Assembly: GCA_951406725.2 (NCBI GenBank) | Contig: OX597815.1 | Coordinates: 131,502,001 to 131,566,000 of the forward strand | Reading direction: 5' to 3' | DNA length: 64,000 nt | DNA from: Octopus vulgaris | Lineage: Eukaryota | Shown: positions 1-13,019 of the stretch, piece by piece | How positions within the stretch are numbered: the stretch's first letter is position 1 | Layout: each line of letters starts with the position of its first letter | Notes under the pieces: generated by a model | Seen by the model: only the letters and a program-made list of their open reading frames with translations | Database searches by the model: none | Told to the model about the DNA's origin: nothing | Translations under genes and position numbers: made by a program

Positions 1-200
1 CTAGAAGCTTAGTAAAATGTACGAAAGAAGACGAATACAATAGCAAAAAATAAAAAAAACAAGAAAATTCCCTGTAGCCGAAATATTTCAAACTTTATGT
101 ATACACACGAAAGGGTTATTGTTATTTCCATGCTTTTCATGTGGTTATTGGAAATAAAAGAATTATTATATATTATAGCTTTCTTTGCTTACACACTCCA

Positions 201-274
<74 letters not shown>

Positions 275-574
275 CTTTTGTTTGCACTTCCTCCCTTATT
301 TGTGAACAGTGTATCGTACCGTTGGTTTCCATCTTCTAGTAAAGTAAAAGTAAGAAAGAAAGTAAATTGAATAAGGAAAGAAATAGAGAGGGAAAGAGGG
401 AGAAGAGATGAGTGAACGAGAGAAAGTGGAAGAGACAAATGGTAATAAGGTAATAGCCATTTACATTTCCTTATACGCACGCGCAAACATACAGGTACAT
501 GCATACACATAGACCCATGCGTAAGCTATATACACAAATATATATGCATATATATAGATATATGTATACATATG

Positions 575-627
<53 letters not shown>

Positions 628-655
628 ATATATTCATATATATATTCATGTATGC

Positions 656-718
<63 letters not shown>

Positions 719-784
719 GGTCCCGGGTTGATTCGGGGTTAACCACAGTAAGTAAGGTACTCAATACATAGCAGAGTAAAATTA

Positions 785-916
785 ATTTATTATATAGAAG
801 GAGTTTACAGGACTAGTACTGTTTCATTCAAGAGAAATCTTCAGGAAGCTTCAGAGCTTCCTGAAGATTTCTCTTGAATGAAACAGTACTAGTCCTGTAG
901 AAGCTCCTTCTATATA

Positions 917-922
<6 letters not shown>
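785..922. repeat. Near-perfect fold-back inverted repeat (arms about 65 bp, 4-nt loop) between (TA)n arrays
   Basis: atttattatatagaaggag...ttcaggaagct-tcag-agcttcctgaa...ctccttctatataataaat; the arms are reverse complements. Confidence 0.95.
854..906 (+). ncRNA. Type I hammerhead ribozyme motif
   Basis: gagcttc-CTGAAGA-tttctcttgaat-GAAACAG-tactagtc-CTGTA-gaagctc: 7-bp stem I, intact CUGANGA/GAAA core, stem III ACAG/CUGU, GUA cleavage triplet. Confidence 0.75.
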
Positions 923-951
<29 letters not shown>

Positions 952-1029
952 CATATTTCTGAGGTTATATATGTATAAGTATGTACATATATATATATAT
1001 ATATATATATAAAACTTAGATATGTTGCG

Positions 1030-2400
1030 ATTGGTCCAGACCATGTCTAACTTAATAACACCACCTGATAGGATTATCTAAATCATTTTTTTAAAATCAA
1101 GTTTTGTTTATGATCCATTCAAGTAGTGAGTTCTTGTTGAGTGAGTTGTATCCAGGTATGGGTGGCTTATCTGGTATTTCTTGAAGAAATCTGTCCAGAC
1201 TCTGTTTAAAGGTGATGGGATCCTTTTCCTCTTTGAACTGTTTAGGGACAATGTTAAACAGGGCAGGGCATGTTGAGGGAAAGAAATTATGTCACAGTGT
1301 ACCTATATGTTGTAATCCTGAAATGGGCAGTGGACGTATGGCCTGTGGTTCCAACGTAGGTTGTACCTTGAAACTAATTTTCATGTCGTTTGGGCAATGC
1401 TGGCGGTATATTCTCTACATCGTACAAATGATGTATCACTCATGGCGGCGCTGGAGAGAGTAGTTTCAAGGCATTAAGGCAGTCCCAGTAATTAAGATCA
1501 GTCATGCCTTCAGTTTGTTTAGTGAGTGCCTCTGGGGTGATTCAATCCTCGAGATGTTTTGTTTCGTATGGAGAGACCACAAGGAGCAGCAGTATTCGAC
1601 GTGTGGCCATACAAAGGAGGAGAAGAGTGGAATGATGACACCTTGTTATCTAGACCGGAAGTTTCTTAAGGTCCAGGAGCTTATCCTACGAGCTATATCG
1701 ACCTTATTGTTGCTGTGGGCACTCCAACTGAGGTTGTTATCAACAATTACACCCATGTCTCTGATATTATTAGATGCTGTGAGCGGTTCCCCTGATGGAA
1801 GAGAGTATAGCTGTTTTAGTATAGACTTTCTTCCAAAATGCATCAGCTCAAATTTTGACACGTTTAGTTGCATTTTGCCTTTGTATGCTCATTGACTCAC
1901 AGCATATAGATTAGACTGGAGTTGAATTCGGTCTTCTTCTTCATTGATGATTTGATGGAGCGTAGTGCCATCAGCAAATATTTTCACTTTGCAGTGATTT
2001 ACGACGCTGGAAATGTCATTTATGTAAATTATAAAGAGGAGCGGGCCCAAGACAGTCCCCAGAGTGACACCACTGGTGATTTTTGCTGAGCTTGAGTGGA
2101 CTCCATCGACCACAACTTCCTATGTTCTATTCGCCAGGAAATACTTAATCCAGTGTAGTTTTCCCCGGCTTCCAACATTTGCCAATTTTGAGAGTAAGAT
2201 ATGGTCAACCCAATCGAACGCTCTACTGAATTCAGAGTTCGAACCTGTTCCCAAGCCTTTAAGTGTATCTTCAATGTGGTGTAAGAGCTGCGTTAGACAG
2301 TCCCTGCCACAGCGAAAGCCATGCTGGTTTAAATTTAGGAGTTTGTGGGTCTCCAGGAAGTCAGCTATCCTTGATCTTACCCTTGGGTTTCTGACCACGC
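1030..2400 (-). mobile_element. Degenerate 5'-truncated non-LTR retrotransposon (CR1/L2/Jockey-group RT and 3' end)
   Basis: Frameshifted ORF pieces: NQHGFRCGRDCLTQLL, FSRAFDWVDH, SGVTLGTVLGPLLFIIYINDI..FADGT, QLNVSKFELMHFG, RDMGVIVDNNLSW. Confidence 0.9.
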
Positions 2401-2416
2401 GCCATCAGAACATAAC

Positions 2417-2668
2417 ACAAGGTAAGTCAGCATATCCGAACTTATATAGACGTGTGAATTCTAATCCAGAAACCCGGCCATATTTAATCGAAGACTGTTT
2501 GATTTTATTATTTTTCTTCTTTTTACCTATGTGAGTTACAAATATTGTTATCTGTGGAAACACAGTTTGTAGGAAAAAGAAATAGGTGTCTTTTGGATGC
2601 TATTTCTAAATTTTCGGTATGTGATGAAGCAACTTGTTGCTAAACCCTTAATTATTGTTATAATTATA
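2417..2668. repeat. Dispersed repeat related (reverse complement) to 26290-26590; probable PLE terminal-repeat remnant
   Basis: ttttcggtatgtg...gcaacttgttgctaaaccctt matches aagggttaattgcaacaagttgc...cacataccgaaaa at about 26300-26343. Confidence 0.6.
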
Positions 2669-3163
2669 TATATATATATATATAGACATAGACATATCAG
2701 AATATCTAGTTATGAGTTAGTATATGTCTTTAGACGCAGGCAATCCCAGGCGTATCTGGTTCGGGCAGACTGCACAGCAGTATAGACAAACGTCTTCTTA
2801 GTAACCATGGTGTGACCGAGGTTATGTGAGTGAATTTAGGATATTTATGTACATGCACACACGCACACACACACACATACACAAACACAATTTTTTGTAC
2901 ACTTGGGAGCGATGATTCGAGACAAATATAGCAAACCATGTCGGATCCTTGTGAGCGTAACAGTGTAAGTAGAATCACCAGGACACGCTACTTTGTTCTG
3001 ACATACCGTCGTATAAGTTGCAAAGTTGGTACATTCGTTGTCCTACACTACACTGATATATGTATGTCTGTGTGTATGTGCGTGTATGTGTATTTGTGAG
3101 TGTGTATGTGTGTGTTTTGTGCGTGTGTACTGTGTGTGCACAACACATTAATATATACATTTA

Positions 3164-3212
<49 letters not shown>

Positions 3213-3409
3213 ACAAATGTTTAAATTGCATTAACACACACACACACATACATATATGTGTATGTGTGTGTTTGTGTGTTAATGCAATTTAAACAATTGT
3301 CAGTTTTCTAAGGTGAGATCTAAAATAAAGATATGATTTTCTGTCTGAGTTGTCTTCATGGCTCATGAAAATATATACTGTATTTATTAGATAATATATA
3401 CATACATAT

Positions 3410-3481
<72 letters not shown>

Positions 3482-3485
<4 letters not shown>

Positions 3486-3759
3486 CGTGATCACCGTGAC
3501 CGACCAGGTTATCAGATGTTGCTACACATCGCATTGTTTTAGCCTTCAAATGACGCCACCCCGCTGGCTAAGCGAGCAGGCCAACAGAAGAAAGAGTGGG
3601 AGAAAGTTGTGGCGAAAGAGTACAGCAGGGGTCACCACCATCCCCTGCCGGAGCCTCGTGGAGCTTCAGGTGTTGTCGCTCACAACGCCCGGTCTGGGAA
3701 TCGAAACCGCGATCCTACGACCGCGAGTCCTCTACCCTAACCACTGGGCCATTGCGCCT

Positions 3760-3761
<2 letters not shown>
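3482..3761 (-). mobile_element. tRNA-derived SINE
   Basis: Minus-strand head ggaggcgcaaTGGCCCAGTGGttaggg...GGTTTCGATTCCcagaccggg with Pol III A and B boxes; head similar to 47688-47920. Confidence 0.85.
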
Positions 3762-3818
<57 letters not shown>

Positions 3819-3892
3819 ATATCTATAAAGATGAAGGCAGGTGGTGTAAAAACAAACATGTATTAGTATAACGCTCGGGATTTTCAAAAAGT

Positions 3893-3928
3893 CTTTAACG
3901 TTTCGAGCCTACGCTCTTCCACAGAAAG
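3893..3928 (-). ncRNA. Minimal hammerhead-like motif (variant core CUGUGGA)
   Basis: Minus strand cttt-CTGTGGA-a-gagc-gtag-gctc-GAAAC-GTT-aaag; 4-bp stem I, 4-bp stem II, palindromic AACGUU in place of stem III. Confidence 0.55.
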
Positions 3929-3977
3929 GAACACAGAAAGAAACAATTCTCCCTATATATATATATATATATATATA

Positions 3978-4034
<57 letters not shown>

Positions 4035-4054
4035 GTACATATATATATATATAC

Positions 4055-4110
<56 letters not shown>

Positions 4111-4783
4111 GTATATATACGTATATATATATATATATGTGTGTGTATAATATGTATGTATATATGTATACATGTATACATATATATAGAGAGAGAGAGG
4201 GAGAGAGCCTGAGAACCTTGTACGTGTGGGTCATAAATTTTCAATGTCGATATCTCAGATCTTGCTACTGTAATTGCTGCATTTATTCAATATATCTTAT
4301 CAGAGATGAGTTTCAATGAATAAAGCAATCTAGAGAGGGGGTATACAAGTGAATATATAAGCAATAAGTGTAGAATTAAGTATTGAAGCAATACAAATGC
4401 TGGATGGAGATTGTAAGCAGGAAAGCCTAAACATAAATATTAGTGCAGGGCCCTGGATTGTGTTGGAATCGGACTGGACACAACAACAGCGATGGGAGTT
4501 GTGAGATGACGCGGATGCTTTAAATGAAGAGGCATATGTTTAGAGAGCTTCAAAGAGTAGGTGACTATTATGGTTGCAGTACAAAACGCAAAGAGAGGAG
4601 ACATCATGCTTTTTTGTGTCCGTGTGTGACGCCACGCTAGTCATTCGAGAGACGCCTTTGCCGGATATAGTCTAAGATGACTGTGTATAACATCGGAATT
4701 TGAACTTGGGACATGAGAGTCTGAAGAAATAGTGTGAAGAAGTTTTCCGATGTTTTAATGATCCTGCCAAATCTTGGCCTTCA

Positions 4784-4784
<1 letters not shown>

Positions 4785-4859
<75 letters not shown>

Positions 4860-4977
4860 ACTGCTGCCGCCGCCGCTACTACTGCTAATACTAATACTAC
4901 TACTAATACTACTACCACTACTGCTGCTGCTGCTGCAGCCACTACTACCACCACTACTACTACTACTACTACTACTG
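4785..4977. repeat. Compound trinucleotide microsatellite (CTA)n/(CTG)n/(CCG)n
   Basis: Read directly from the sequence. Confidence 0.97.
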
Positions 4978-4979
4978 GA

Positions 4980-5200
4980 ACACTAAACAGAGACTGAGAG
5001 CACATCACTGGCAGCGCATGATCAAAATTTGGCAACGAATTAAACATTAAGAGAGAAACAAGTGACGAAATCGTTGCCCATATCGTGAAAGAATGCCCTT
5101 GATTTATCTAAAAGTAATATAAAATATGGTTGGTGACAAGATGTGGTAGCGAAAATACTACATTAGAAACTGTGTAAAAGTGGGCGCTAGAGAGAGGCAA
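4980..5200 (+). mobile_element. Highly degenerate R4/Dong-like LINE C-terminal fragment
   Basis: Traces of ETES..AAHDQNLATN and HIVKEC, compared with ETEGFIIAAQDQ and HVVSKC in ORF 29762-31192. Confidence 0.5.
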
Positions 5201-5540
5201 GACGTGCAAAATCCTCCTGGATTTCCCAATCCAAACGTTCTAGGTGCTAGAGTAGAGCAATCCGGACCAAAAAGTAGTGAACAGCGTGAATCACATATGA
5301 TCTATAGTTTTGAAACGATGCCTGCTATTTTGAAGGATCAGGTTAACCGTTTCCATGAACACCAATAATTCAGTGCACTCGACCCACTCATAGATTCAGA
5401 TTGGAATATCGAAGCTTAGCTTTCGGCTTCTACGTCGCTGTTTCCAGAACCCTAGTGATACTTGGCGGGATCAGGACTTTGCTAACTTCTTTGTTCCACT
5501 ATTTGGCAATTCACAATTCTTGTTGGGATAATACATTATG

Positions 5541-5625
5541 TTTCTTCTTCTTCTTCTTCTTCTTCTTCTTCTTCTTCTTCTTCTTCTTCTTCTTCTTCTT
5601 CTTCTTCTTCTTCTTCTTCTTCTTC

Positions 5626-5658
<33 letters not shown>

Positions 5659-5680
5659 GTCATCGTCGTCGTCGTCGTCG

Positions 5681-5717
<37 letters not shown>

Positions 5718-5765
5718 CATCACCATCTTCTTCTTCTTCTTCTTCTTCTTCTACTTCTACTTCTT
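5541..5765. repeat. Compound microsatellite (TTC)n(ATC)n(GTC)n(ATC)n(TTC)n
   Basis: Read directly from the sequence. Confidence 0.97.
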
Positions 5766-8712
5766 TTTTTCTTCTTTTTTTTCTTCTTTTCTTTGCTCTT
5801 GTATTTTTGGTGATATTCTTTGAGTTCATAGTGTATGGGGACGTCGTAAATGTCTCCCAGGAATATTTGGATCATTAACAACTTTTATTGGACAAACATT
5901 ATTACTTTTTCTATTATTCATCGAATAAGGGTCGTTGGGTCGTTCTTAAGTCGTTTCCTATTCCTGAGTTAACTAGAAAGTGTTTTATTCAGCACTTGTG
6001 AACTTTTTTTCCGGAATTTTCATCTTGACAAAAATTTCCAATACGGCTTCTTCTACTAGAGGAGTAGTAAGAGTTACTGACAAGCGAAAGAGTAGCACTT
6101 ATACACCTGTCTGGAAACAAAACTGATATTTAATCTTCTAACACGTGAACAAAATTCAAAAGACGATATCTTTTTAAATAATATATTCGAGAAATATGAC
6201 AATGAAACATAGATGCAGTATTCAAGTACAGATAATTACAGCTTAATATTGGAAAACGCAAATTTGCACCACATGAACAAAAGTAACAACAATAACAACA
6301 ATATAAATTGTTGCTAAACGATGAAAGAGGTGTTGTAAGCGACAAGCCGTCTTTCAAAGTAAATTACTTGTAGTAGTAGTAAATAGGGAAGAAAAAAAGA
6401 AATTTCGCTTGCCAATTTTTTGTAAAAGAGGATATTTCTTTAACAAAACATTTCATCCAAGAATGAGAAAGTAGGAAAGTTACCGATTTTGCAATGTCAA
6501 AATCAGATTATGTTTCTCTATGCCCCCAAGAGAATAATTAGACTTCACCCTAGCTTATCTATGGTAGCTTATGTCACCTTGTCGTGAAAGGAAAGTCAAG
6601 TTATTCGAAGAAGGAAACCTAACTACAGAAGCATCAGTGTAAAGGCCAGGAAAGGACCCTACACGAATATGGACTGAGAAATGTATGAAGGAAGTGTGGA
6701 GTTGACTATAGTGAAGTGAAGAATCGATGAATATTTGCAGATACATACTCCTACGAGGAATACATATATTATTGCTGCTTTATGTGAACTATATACTGAC
6801 CTTAGGAAATATGGCTCTAGAAAGATTATTTAATGTATTTTATCATAATCTTAGGCGAATATGAAGAAGTTGACACCTCAAATTGAAACATCTAAAATAA
6901 CTAGTCGGATCTCAAAATAATATTACAGATGCTGTTCTCCACGGAAAATAAATTGAAGATCAACGATTTCATTTAGCAACGGGAAAGTTGGTCTGATCAT
7001 AATTGCGCTGAAAAGCTACTTGCAGTAGCATGGACTAGTACAAAACTTCCTGTCTTCAGATATGTTACTGCGAACACCACTGTCATATCAAGATGAAGAC
7101 TAACAGCAATAATAGCAGCAACAACATCAGCATTAATCTTAGCATCGATACAATAATAAAAACCCCAGCCAAGACAGCCATGGGGATTACTACCACTAAC
7201 ATTGGAACAGGAAGACTCGTTGAAATCTATCTTCCAGAATACCATTAGAAACGACAAAAGTGCATATATCAACCGTGCACCTCTAAATTCTTGTGAGAAG
7301 AAAAGGACATGGTGGAGGGGTCGGAAACTGGCGAATGACATCAATTCATTAAATGTTGTCGGGTTAGCCATCGGTGAGACCAGAATTTCTGGAATGCAGG
7401 CACCCATGTGAGTCCTCGCCAACCAAAATTCAATGGTAACGTGGCATGTTGTTTTAGAATAGTTTGAACTTTGAATTACGGGCGATAACAGTTAGTCGGT
7501 GATAGTGAGTCCTAGCAGCAGCAGAGGTAGTGCATTCAGGCCAGTAACTGCTTATGTCTCAGCTGGGAAAATTGGTTCTTTAATACTGGTGGGAATCTGG
7601 AATGGCATTTAAACACCATAGGAGAGTGAGATGCAAAACGTATCGCAAACTTCTTGGGTATTTCCATGTGTACACATCTTGGTTTAAATTGTCTCTTCTT
7701 TGGGTGATGATAATTAACTAACTTCAGTATGACAAAGTTTTGCCCACCACTGCAAATGTATTTTTTGCTGCTTACACACAAAAACGGGCTGTTTCCTTTG
7801 ACTTAGAAATGAAGGAAGCGATGCCTGTTACTAATGAAGCGTAGCCGCGCTGAGGCTAGTGACTCTCAGTCTGGGCACAGATCGATATGATTTTACACAC
7901 ATAGTCTATCAACAGATTTTTCTCCGAAACATTTATAGGATTTTACGTCTGAATGCACTCGAACGTGCTAACTATATACACTCGTTTATTTTAAACACCA
8001 TGCATAATGTTCTTATAATCAAAGAAATAATTATGATTATGAATTCACCGATACTAATATTACTAACTGCATTGATGTATGCATTGTTAATTTTAAAAGC
8101 TTTATAGCATTTATACTGTGTGGTCATATATCGATCACCAGCAAATGTATATAGCATATGCATCGTAAATATAAACGCAACTTTTTCTTATCTAAATATG
8201 ATTTAGACAGTCATGATTGCGGATATGACAAAAAAGTTTCACAGTACAAAATCATATAAAAAATATGTAGCGACAAGAATCATTCGTGAATATATCGTTG
8301 ACGTTTTTTTTCGTACAATGGTTGCGTTTTTGGTAACAATACAAATGCACCATAGACAAAAGAAATGAAAAAATATCGATCGCCAATAGAAGCGTGTGTT
8401 TCCTGTTAAATAAATTAATATTAAGAGCACCAAGTAAACTATTAATCTCACTATAAACGCATAACCAATGGAAGTTACTTTGTAGTAGAACTCATTCTAT
8501 ACCATGACATGGACGCTAGTTTGTGATTAACAGATTCTTTTTCAAGTTGTAAATAATAAAATAAAACTTATTGCTTGCCAAGGTATTCTTGCAGGTGAAC
8601 AAATTTCTGTTACCCAGTCAGTCACATGACAAAAAATTGTCAAAGTCTCCTCTCCATGGTACTTTAAATTCGGCAACAGCTTCCCGACGGCCGTTTGATC
8701 AGTTGTAGGGCT

Positions 8713-8770
<58 letters not shown>

Positions 8771-8806
8771 CCGTCGTCGTCGTCATCATCATCATCATCA
8801 TCATCA
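8713..8806. repeat. (ATC)n/(GTC)n microsatellite
   Basis: Read directly from the sequence. Confidence 0.97.
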
Positions 8807-8872
8807 TAAACGTTTGGCTTTATTATTTTCATATACACACAGCATATTAGACTGTTGGAAAAGAAAAAAAAA

Positions 8873-8960
8873 TCCTAACATCAGGTTACAAGTAGCCTTA
8901 GATGCCAAGAACCCTCCTAAGTATCCTAGATGTCCCTAATAATACCGTTTTCTGGAGCTA
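8873..8960 (-). mobile_element. 3' end fragment of an older R4/Dong-like LINE
   Basis: Minus strand reads LQKTVLLGTSRILRRVLGI* followed by a UTR matching 40370-40465. Confidence 0.75.
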
Positions 8961-9049
8961 TAGTAAACTGGGTTTCTAAATTTAAAGAGCCCCAAGCAAA
9001 CTGCTAGTCTCACTGTTAACGCATTACAAATGGAAGTAACATTGCATTA

Positions 9050-9114
<65 letters not shown>

Positions 9115-9420
9115 GAGTGAGTGAGCAGTGCATGCACTGAAGGTGACACTGGGGTAAAATATACCAAACCTCCAAGATTTCCTTTCAACACACGGCCATA
9201 TTGCTCGCCCACTACCTCTTCTCATGATCAGAGATGCACATATCGTCAGCTCAACTGGTTAAGATCAAACATCTGACAAGCAAATCTGTGGTATTGAGCA
9301 GAATATTTGCTGTAGCCCATCTTTTATACCAAGACACAAACAATGTACTTGAAAATACTTCCAATCAGTTAAGATCAGAAGCCATGAAAGCCACTGTCTG
9401 GTACTGCATCAGAGCATTTA
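9115..9420. mobile_element. Non-coding interspersed element of about 300 bp embedded in (TTA)n
   Basis: Complex sequence with (TTA)n on both sides (9052-9114 and about 9418-9433); no recognisable ORF. Confidence 0.5.
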
Positions 9421-10859
9421 TTATTATTATTATTGTTTGTTTGTTTAGCTTTTGCTTTGTATTTTTTCAAGTTGACTCCAAGTTTCACCGCTGGAGATAA
9501 CAAGTTAAAAGTTGGTGTTAAGACTACGGTGACATATTTTTGGTTTTGTACAAAGTATTGTTTTAGAGAATGTCTGTCAAAGTATAAGAAAATTAGAATT
9601 TTGTTTTAAGAGAAATTTGATTATAAGACAATAGTGTGATCTTAAGATGATAGTAGGTGTTAGCTATTGTGTACATTTAAAAGTACTTTTGACAATATTT
9701 ACGGATTAGAATGTTTTGGGGATTACATATACAAAATGTTAAAAATACGCCCACCTCTCACAAAAAAGCAATACATGAAAGGATGATCGCAGTTAAGGAA
9801 ACAAAACTGATACAAACTTTGTAATAAAAAATAAAGCTCAACAGTTTAAAAGAACTGATCCGACCGCGATCAACAAAATATTATTTAAAACCACACACAC
9901 AGATAATAAAGCAGGAAAAAAAATCAGTAAATACACAATTATGTCTTTTAATCATGGCAGAAAGCAACATAAAAAAGATAATGACTTACCTGAGGTGCCA
10001 TATTGATAACAGAACTAGAAAAGTCATAAAGGTGTCACATAAGGAACAAAAATCACCAACAGGGTCCATAAGAAATTTCAATATAAATATAATTTATTCT
10101 ATATAGGACAATTATCTTCAGATAGTTGTAAGGACAAACAAAGCAATCTCCACATTTACTGTTTTTTTTTTCTATAAACAACAAAAGTTATAAACATCCT
10201 GCTTTGTATGGACTTAAATCTAGAGAGCTTATATATCACAAAAGAATTAGAAAGTTCTGATAGTTGGAACTATTGTTGTATGAATAAATAAAAAAAATAA
10301 AACACCAATACTTCACAATGCACTTATATTTGCAGAATGAATATCAATATTATTGTACTGATCACATGAGAAATTCGGTTCCATTGATAAAAAGATACAG
10401 ACAACCTCTGGCAATACTCGCCTCAACAAATACGTGAACAGAATATGTTAAAAAACGGAATCACGGTGAATTAGCATTAAATTAGTTCAGACAATTTTCT
10501 GAATATTGTATTGTATCATTAACTTAGCAAGTGATTTCTTACATAGGTACATATCCTCAGATTTATAAGGAGAGGAAATGCTATTGATCAATATTTTTAT
10601 ACTTTGTCAAAGAAACTAGCAACAAATCAGAAGTTAGAATGTTACAACACAGAATCAACTGTGCTTATCAGCAATTAGCAGTGTTCACAGGAAACAAAGA
10701 ATAAAGAATTATCTTATAGGTCTAAGGCATGACTTGGGTAAAAAAAACAAGAGAGAAGTCAATCGATTCAACCATTGCATATTGCTGGAGTTCATTTCAC
10801 TGGTTACAAAATAAATTGAACTCCAACTAGATAGTTACGACTTACTTCACTCTGAGATC

Positions 10860-11240
10860 ACGTCTGGCCGAGGTCAACTTTGCCTTTCATCCTTTCAAGG
10901 TCAATAAAAGAACCAACCAAGGGCGGTGGATTATTTAAAATGAAATGTAACAACGCCTGTCTGTTCCTGCTTTGTACCTTCTGAGTTCATATACCACCCT
11001 CGCCTACCTTTGGTAGAGTTACTCCAGTCGACTCAGCTGGCAAACATGAGTTGTGCCTGTAATTCTAAGGCGAACCTTGTCACATTCTGTATGACACGCG
11101 AGATCTCTCTGGGAACTACGGTAATGGTAAGCATGTCTGTGCAGTGCTCAGCCACTTGCACTTTTATTTCATGAGCTAGCTGTTCTCTTGTTCGGATCAA
11201 CCAGAACGCTTGTCGGCGTTACCAACAGAGTGTCACCTTT
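10860..11240 (+). mobile_element. Degenerate SINE fragments
   Basis: gccgaggtcaactttgcctttcatcctttc core shared with many copies in this window, followed by further repeat-like sequence. Confidence 0.55.
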
Positions 11241-11669
11241 GGTTCTGTCATTATTAATAAACCGGTTGCACATAACCAGAAGCTCCGGAGAGACTGATAT
11301 ACAGACAGATGGTATACACAAACCGTAAACCACCTTCTCTACAAGAAAGACTTGAAAATATGACAATGCTTATTTTCTAACTGGAAAATATTGTTCATGA
11401 ATTTAGTGAAGACATACAGAGAAATATAGTTTTCTACAAAAAGGCCTAAACTATAAGAAGGAGTTCATTATCTAATTGGCTCTCCATTAGTTACAACGAT
11501 GAATGTTCCAGTTTATCCGATAAACCGTTTACTTTTTCTGGTGTTAGGGCATGTGAAATAGATAAAAAATATTTAATTTGAAGGGAATAATATACTGATA
11601 ATTAGATGTCCTCAAATATTCCTCGCACCTTAAGCATACATACTTCAATGATCATTACTCGTACTTTCC

Positions 11670-12140
11670 ACTTCCCTAGCTGAGAGTAAATGAGAGTAAA
11701 TCTCGTGAAATCGTTAAAGTTTTCAGACCACATGGTACCAATAACATTCCAGTCAGCCATAGTGATCTTCATAAATTCTACCAAACTGATGATCAACTGG
11801 GAACCGATTGTACCCTTGGAGGAACGCATAAAGGAAGCTCATAAAAAAGACGTTTGTGTCTGAGACCAGGAGCCGGTAGAGCAATGCAGAAATCGGGGAT
11901 AGCAAGCACTTTGCGAGGCAATAAGAGTGGGCTGTCGAGGTTTTGTGGGCTTCGTTATGCAAAGCTTTGACTGGGTTTGGAGGTACTGGTGCAGCAAAGA
12001 TGGCGATAAATTCTATCACTGAAGCTGCAAAGATGGATAGCTTCTTGGTAACTTTGGATAAAGACAGAACAGTGATTTACTGCTATTGGGATACAAGATG
12101 GCGCTTGATCAACCCAGTGTGGGCCAACTAGGCTAGGAGA
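11670..12140 (+). mobile_element. Degenerate 3' fragment of an RLE non-LTR retrotransposon (HERO/NeSL-like)
   Basis: Frameshifted translation SLKFSDH..IVPLEERIKEAHKK..VEQCRNRG..CEAIRVGCRGFVG..LCKALTGFGGTG..AINSITEAAK..LWIK resembles the ELTVPWEE/EVGCRGF pattern. Confidence 0.75.
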
Positions 12141-12237
12141 TGTAAGGTTGAAAGACATTAATATTAATATAACAACCGTTATTTATCTTGTTTATCTTCG
12201 GATTATAACAGTCATTATTAACTATTTTCGATTCCTC

Positions 12238-13019
12238 TTAACTGCCAACTTATAAGCGGATGTTTCGCATTGTATTTTACACATGAATCATTGGCCCTGT
12301 TGGAGTCATTTCCATACCTAATCATTATATTTTGTAGTAAGGGTTCTGAATGAAAGGGGAAGATGCGAGACGACAACCAAAAATGGCCGCGCAGAAGTTT
12401 TCGGCCACCTCACATAAACCAATCAAGGTACAGTGCTTTAAAACGGGAAAATGTCTATAATTAAAATTTATTACATAATGTTCATTGCTAGAAGTTACTG
12501 TACATTGTTAATATTTCGTGCGACTTCCCTTAGCTTGAATAATGGCTTCATTATGCCTGGGAAGAGATGCGTACAAATCCTTCACCATTTTTACAGGTAT
12601 GAGACGACATTCTCTGTGGCTGAGCTCGCATATTTGAACACATCTCTTCCCAGGCGCATCGGAGTAATTATTCAAGTTAATGCAATCCACACGAAATATC
12701 AACAAATAGTAACTTCTTGAAATGAACGTTTTGTAATAAATTTTCATTACGACATTTTTCTATTTTAAAATACTCTATCTTGATTGGTTTATGTGTCATG
12801 GCCGAAAACTTTTGCACGGCCATTTTTCTTGTCGCCTCGCATCTCCCCACCTCATGGAAAACTCCTACTACAAAGTATGATAATTAGGTATGGAAATGAC
12901 TCCAACAAGACCAATGTTTCATTTGTAAAAAACGCAATGCGTAACATTCACTTACAAGTCAGCAATTAGTAAAAATTTACATAGTTCAAGGTGGCCGAAG
13001 ACTTTTGCACGATACTGTA
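12238..13019. mobile_element. Palindromic Tc1/mariner-type MITE with IR/DR-like terminal repeats; left end truncated
   Basis: About 12238-12570 pairs with about 12630-12970. The motif ggccgaa(a/g)acttttgcacg recurs at about 12388 (inverted), 12800 and 12993. The right end is ...tactg followed by TA. Confidence 0.7.

Noticed and set aside
97-764. Many poly-YI, HT, CV, I, L, D or N ORFs here and throughout the window
   Set aside because: They are translations of stop-free microsatellite frames, with no domain signal
3690-3761. tRNA gene
   Set aside because: A and B boxes are present but run into a SINE body, with no complete cloverleaf
7260-7410. LINE APE endonuclease start (LNVVGLAIGETR)
   Set aside because: Only one short motif with nothing supporting it downstream
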